Below are positions 62,201-64,000 of a stretch of DNA of 64,000 nt, in pieces. Numbering within the stretch: the stretch's first letter is position 1; every line of letters begins with the position of its first letter. The notes beneath the pieces were generated by a model. The model saw nothing but the letters and a program-made list of their open reading frames with translations. It had not been told where the DNA came from and ran no database searches. Source of the DNA: an uncultured Candidatus Saccharibacteria bacterium (GTDB taxonomy: Bacteria; Patescibacteriota; Minisyncoccia; UBA6257; 2-01-FULL-56-20); the NCBI GenBank assembly GCA_964505005.1, contig CAZDFQ010000001.1:114458-178457 (forward strand). The letters are read 5' to 3'. A program made the translations under genes and the position numbers.

Positions 62201-62967
62201 CCAATTCCGCAACCAAAGAAGATGTGTTCACGGGTTTTGTGCTGGCTTGGAAAATGAAGTGCAAGGCCTGCACTGTTTACCGCGATGCGAGCCGCGAAGT
62301 GCAGATTTTGAACCTCGGCACCGGCGAAAACATCAAGGCGCCGACCGAACTCGGGGCTAAAAAATCCGCCGAGGCGCCGCTTCAGATTCCGGCTGACAAG
62401 AACCGCCTGGAAGCCCGGCAGCGGCCCGAAGTGCTGACCGGCAAAACCTACCGGATGAAAACCGGCTACGGCAATCTTTATGTGACCATCAATAACGACG
62501 AGAAAGGAGTGCCGTTCGAGGTCTTCGCGGTTATTGGTAAGAGTGGCGGATTTTTCCAAGAGCAAAGCGAAGGCATCTGCCGACTGATTTCGCTTTCTCT
62601 CCGGACCGGCGTAAAAATCGAAGAAATCATCGACAACTTAAAAGGCATCCGCGGACCTATGCCGACCATCACCGACAAAGGCACGATTCTCTCCCTGCCG
62701 GATGCCATCGGTCAAATCCTGGAAGAGCATGCGCGGACCAACGGCGGCCACAATCCCCTTCTTCAGGAGCATTCGCCCACTGAGCCGATGATGCTTCAAG
62801 AAAAAGAACCGGCCAATGTCGCGGCTTTGCCCCAGAGCTACGAGGCCTCCAAAAAATCGCTAGCTGATTACGGATTTATGCCCGGCTGTCCGGACTGCGG
62901 CGCACCGCTGATTATGAGCGAGGGTTGTCTAAGCTGCCGCAGCTGCGGATTTACAAGATGCTTCTAA
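59242..62967 (+). CDS. nrdJ: Class II (AdoCbl) ribonucleotide reductase with intein and C-terminal TSCPD/Zn-ribbon
   Basis: ANC, GRHGANM, NFNISV, GEPG, SNP|CGEQ, CNLGSINL, APTG, ISKTIN and C-terminal CPDC...CLSCRSC. Confidence 0.9.
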   Translation: MKETKKKFQSTAAQPNHRWLTEAEMGKVNASFSENALKMMKKRYLLTDDSGRQETPAEMFHRVAQALAQVEKKYGHDDKFVDKTEKEFFEILSKKEYTPAGRTLTNVGGPTPLVANCIVLPIMDSMESIFQTLKDAALLQQAGSGLGFDFSHLRPAMSPTKKSRGVSSGPVSFLKVYDAAFGTIKQQGRHGANMAMMDVRHLDILDFIRAKKIEGEIRNFNISVKLTDEFMKKLLESPDEKWLGEWNGQKMKPHKVLRAPNGSVFAAEEIDITVKEIFDEIVNYAWLNGEPGIVFIDEVNRTNPLPGLGPIDCSNPCVIGETLVATERGFIKMEELAESYVSGGIKISVDNRLPKAVKISSLNRISISQGGTIRETMPLIDFSRLGSASGEMLRAFPTGIKPVYKLTTKSGYELEATADHKIFTPRGKVPLLELRAGDKVLIQSNEGLWNNDFQLPFDYPNVIEGKNRHIYHYNFPKTWSKELGRVLGWLIGDGWLRDKKREYAVGFTFSEDDKEVMSEFRDILNDWYKNSERKEIKRKNDVYHLIYGSKDFVEFFKKLGVKPVLAAEKEVPASLWRAPAEAVSGFLQGIFSADGTINIYEKNQTRYIRLTSKSEKLLKQIQILLINFGIRSTIYNRTRKPRLAFGYKNDGILYELEISRDNIPIFLSKIGFLGTHYKVKAKTLKEKSYYREYFEDKIEKIKYIGKKRVYDLTEATTHSFIANGIIISNCGEQFLHHYDNCNLGSINLAAFVKDGRVDWGQLRRVTRIAARLMDNVIDIFDFPIQQVTDLARKNRRIGLGIMGFADMLYQLGIAYNSPEGQKLAEKTMRTITETAHQMSQELAKEKGAFPNLPLSVFAKKKIKMRNAALTTVAPTGSISMMLDCSSGVEPNFALSYVKQDKDGHQYHYFNRYFEQALKKYQFSEAKIKEIKDEIIKTGSIQRLTDLAEELRRTFVVAMDISAEDHIKMQASFQRYVDNSISKTINFPNSATKEDVFTGFVLAWKMKCKACTVYRDASREVQILNLGTGENIKAPTELGAKKSAEAPLQIPADKNRLEARQRPEVLTGKTYRMKTGYGNLYVTINNDEKGVPFEVFAVIGKSGGFFQEQSEGICRLISLSLRTGVKIEEIIDNLKGIRGPMPTITDKGTILSLPDAIGQILEEHARTNGGHNPLLQEHSPTEPMMLQEKEPANVAALPQSYEASKKSLADYGFMPGCPDCGAPLIMSEGCLSCRSCGFTRCF
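60190..61428 (+). mobile_element. Intein (413 aa) with LAGLIDADG homing endonuclease
   Basis: Starts CVIGETLV after SNP; block B TADHKI; LGWLIGDG and LQGIFSADG; ends HSFIANGIIISN before CGEQ. Confidence 0.92.
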
Positions 62968-63150
62968 TCTGCTGAACAAATCTCAAAATTCTAATCTCTA
63001 ATTTCTAAACAATATCAAATTCATAATTTCAAATTTCAAAAATTGTTTAGAGATTAGGATTTAGAGATTAGAAATTTCCGATAATGCCCCAGGATGAAAA
63101 ATCCGCCCCAGGCGGATTTTTCATTTACCGGAACTTGGCGAGGGAGTTTG

Positions 63151-63260
63151 ACCCCGCACCTTTTCCAGAAACAATTTTGCTTTTACACGATTTAAAGACG
63201 GAGTCGCCTATCGGCTCTGAAAATGCCTAGGCACTATCTCTGCTAGAAAAGGTGCGGGGT
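63151..63260. mobile_element. MITE-like element with 15-bp terminal inverted repeats
   Basis: accccgcaccttttc 63151-65 and gaaaaggtgcggggt 63246-60; ttg on both flanks. Confidence 0.55.
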
Positions 63261-63296
63261 TTGAAAAATTTTGTGGAGTTGGTAAAATTTCCGTAT

Positions 63297-63371
63297 TCCG
63301 GCGTAGCACAACGGTAGTGCGGCTCCCTGTTAAGGAGAGGGTTGTAGGTTCGAATCCTACCGCCGGAGCCA
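63297..63371 (+). tRNA. tRNA-Asn (GTT)
   Basis: Acceptor TCCGGCG/CGCCGGA, anticodon loop CTGTTAA, GGTTCGAATCC T-arm and encoded CCA. Confidence 0.93.
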
Positions 63372-63748
63372 TAAAGCTAGATACGAGCTCTGAATTTTGA
63401 GATGAAAGTGTTCGCTCGCGGGCAAAAAATGGAGGGGTTTTAGGGAGAGGAAACGCCTTGCCCGCGAGCGTAGTCCCGCCGCCCGCGCGTAGCGCTGAAC
63501 CGAGCAGAAAAATTGTTTTTTCCTTTTAGAAGAATTTTTTGGTGGCGCGCGCAAAGAAAAAATGTAAAGATAATTTTTCTGCGAGGCTGGCCGCGGTTCA
63601 ACGGAGGTTTCGCTCTTGCCCGTCCGTAGCTTTAGCGAAGGCGGGTTTTGGATCTGTGTATCAGGTTTGGTAAAATAATTTTAAAAGCATGCCCCGTAGG
63701 GAATTTATTCTCCTTCAGGGTTTAGGCGGAAATTAAATCGGGAGTCAA

Positions 63749-64000
63749 ATGACAAAAAGAGTACTCATTGCTGTTATCGTACTCTTCCTCGCCACCGCGA
63801 GCGGCTATTTCTATTGGCGCCTGACGCGCCCGGAGCCGGTCGCCTGCACGCTCGACGCCAAACAGTGCCCCGACGGCTCTTGGGTCGGCCGCGTAGTGCC
63901 CAAGTGCGAATTCGCCGTCTGCCCGGCTCCGGATATGGACATCTCAAGCTGGAAGTCAAAAACGACCGCCGAGGGCGTGAGCTTCCGCTATCCGGAAAAG
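63749..64000 (+). CDS. Secreted/membrane protein with a Cys motif (partial; runs off the window)
   Basis: MTKRVLIAVIVLFLATASGYFYW TM, then ACTLDAKQCPDGSWVGRVVPKCEFAVCP. Confidence 0.75.
   Translation, partial: MTKRVLIAVIVLFLATASGYFYWRLTRPEPVACTLDAKQCPDGSWVGRVVPKCEFAVCPAPDMDISSWKSKTTAEGVSFRYPEK

Overview
Chromosomal segment of a small-genome bacterium whose gene content and repeats fit Patescibacteria/CPR (Parcubacteria-like; this is an inference). TGA is used as a normal stop, so the code is table 11. Core genes include a zwf-gnd fusion, gdh, tsaC, rnhA, pgk, ndh, cysS, ddl, a murF-like ligase, rplU, galT, mrdA/mreBCD, proS, mraY, scpAB, guaA, dnaX, an intein-containing class II ribonucleotide reductase and tRNA-Asn. 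Accessory content includes four paralogous ~600-aa Cys-rich proteins plus a stub, a type II R-M pair, a stop-interrupted NYN gene, a VirD4/HerA-like ATPase and a PLP-decarboxylase/nucleotidyltransferase pair. The most unusual structure is non-coding: several families of short palindromes and hairpins saturate intergenic spaces, insert in frame into core genes and nest inside one another. Two small ArsR-like winged-HTH genes are each bracketed by direct copies of a different palindrome family that also occurs dispersed in the window, suggesting an HTH/cognate-repeat unit. A four-segment Trp-Trp leader attenuator sits upstream of an uncharacterised two-gene operon rather than trp genes. All calls were made by eye from motifs; no searches were run.
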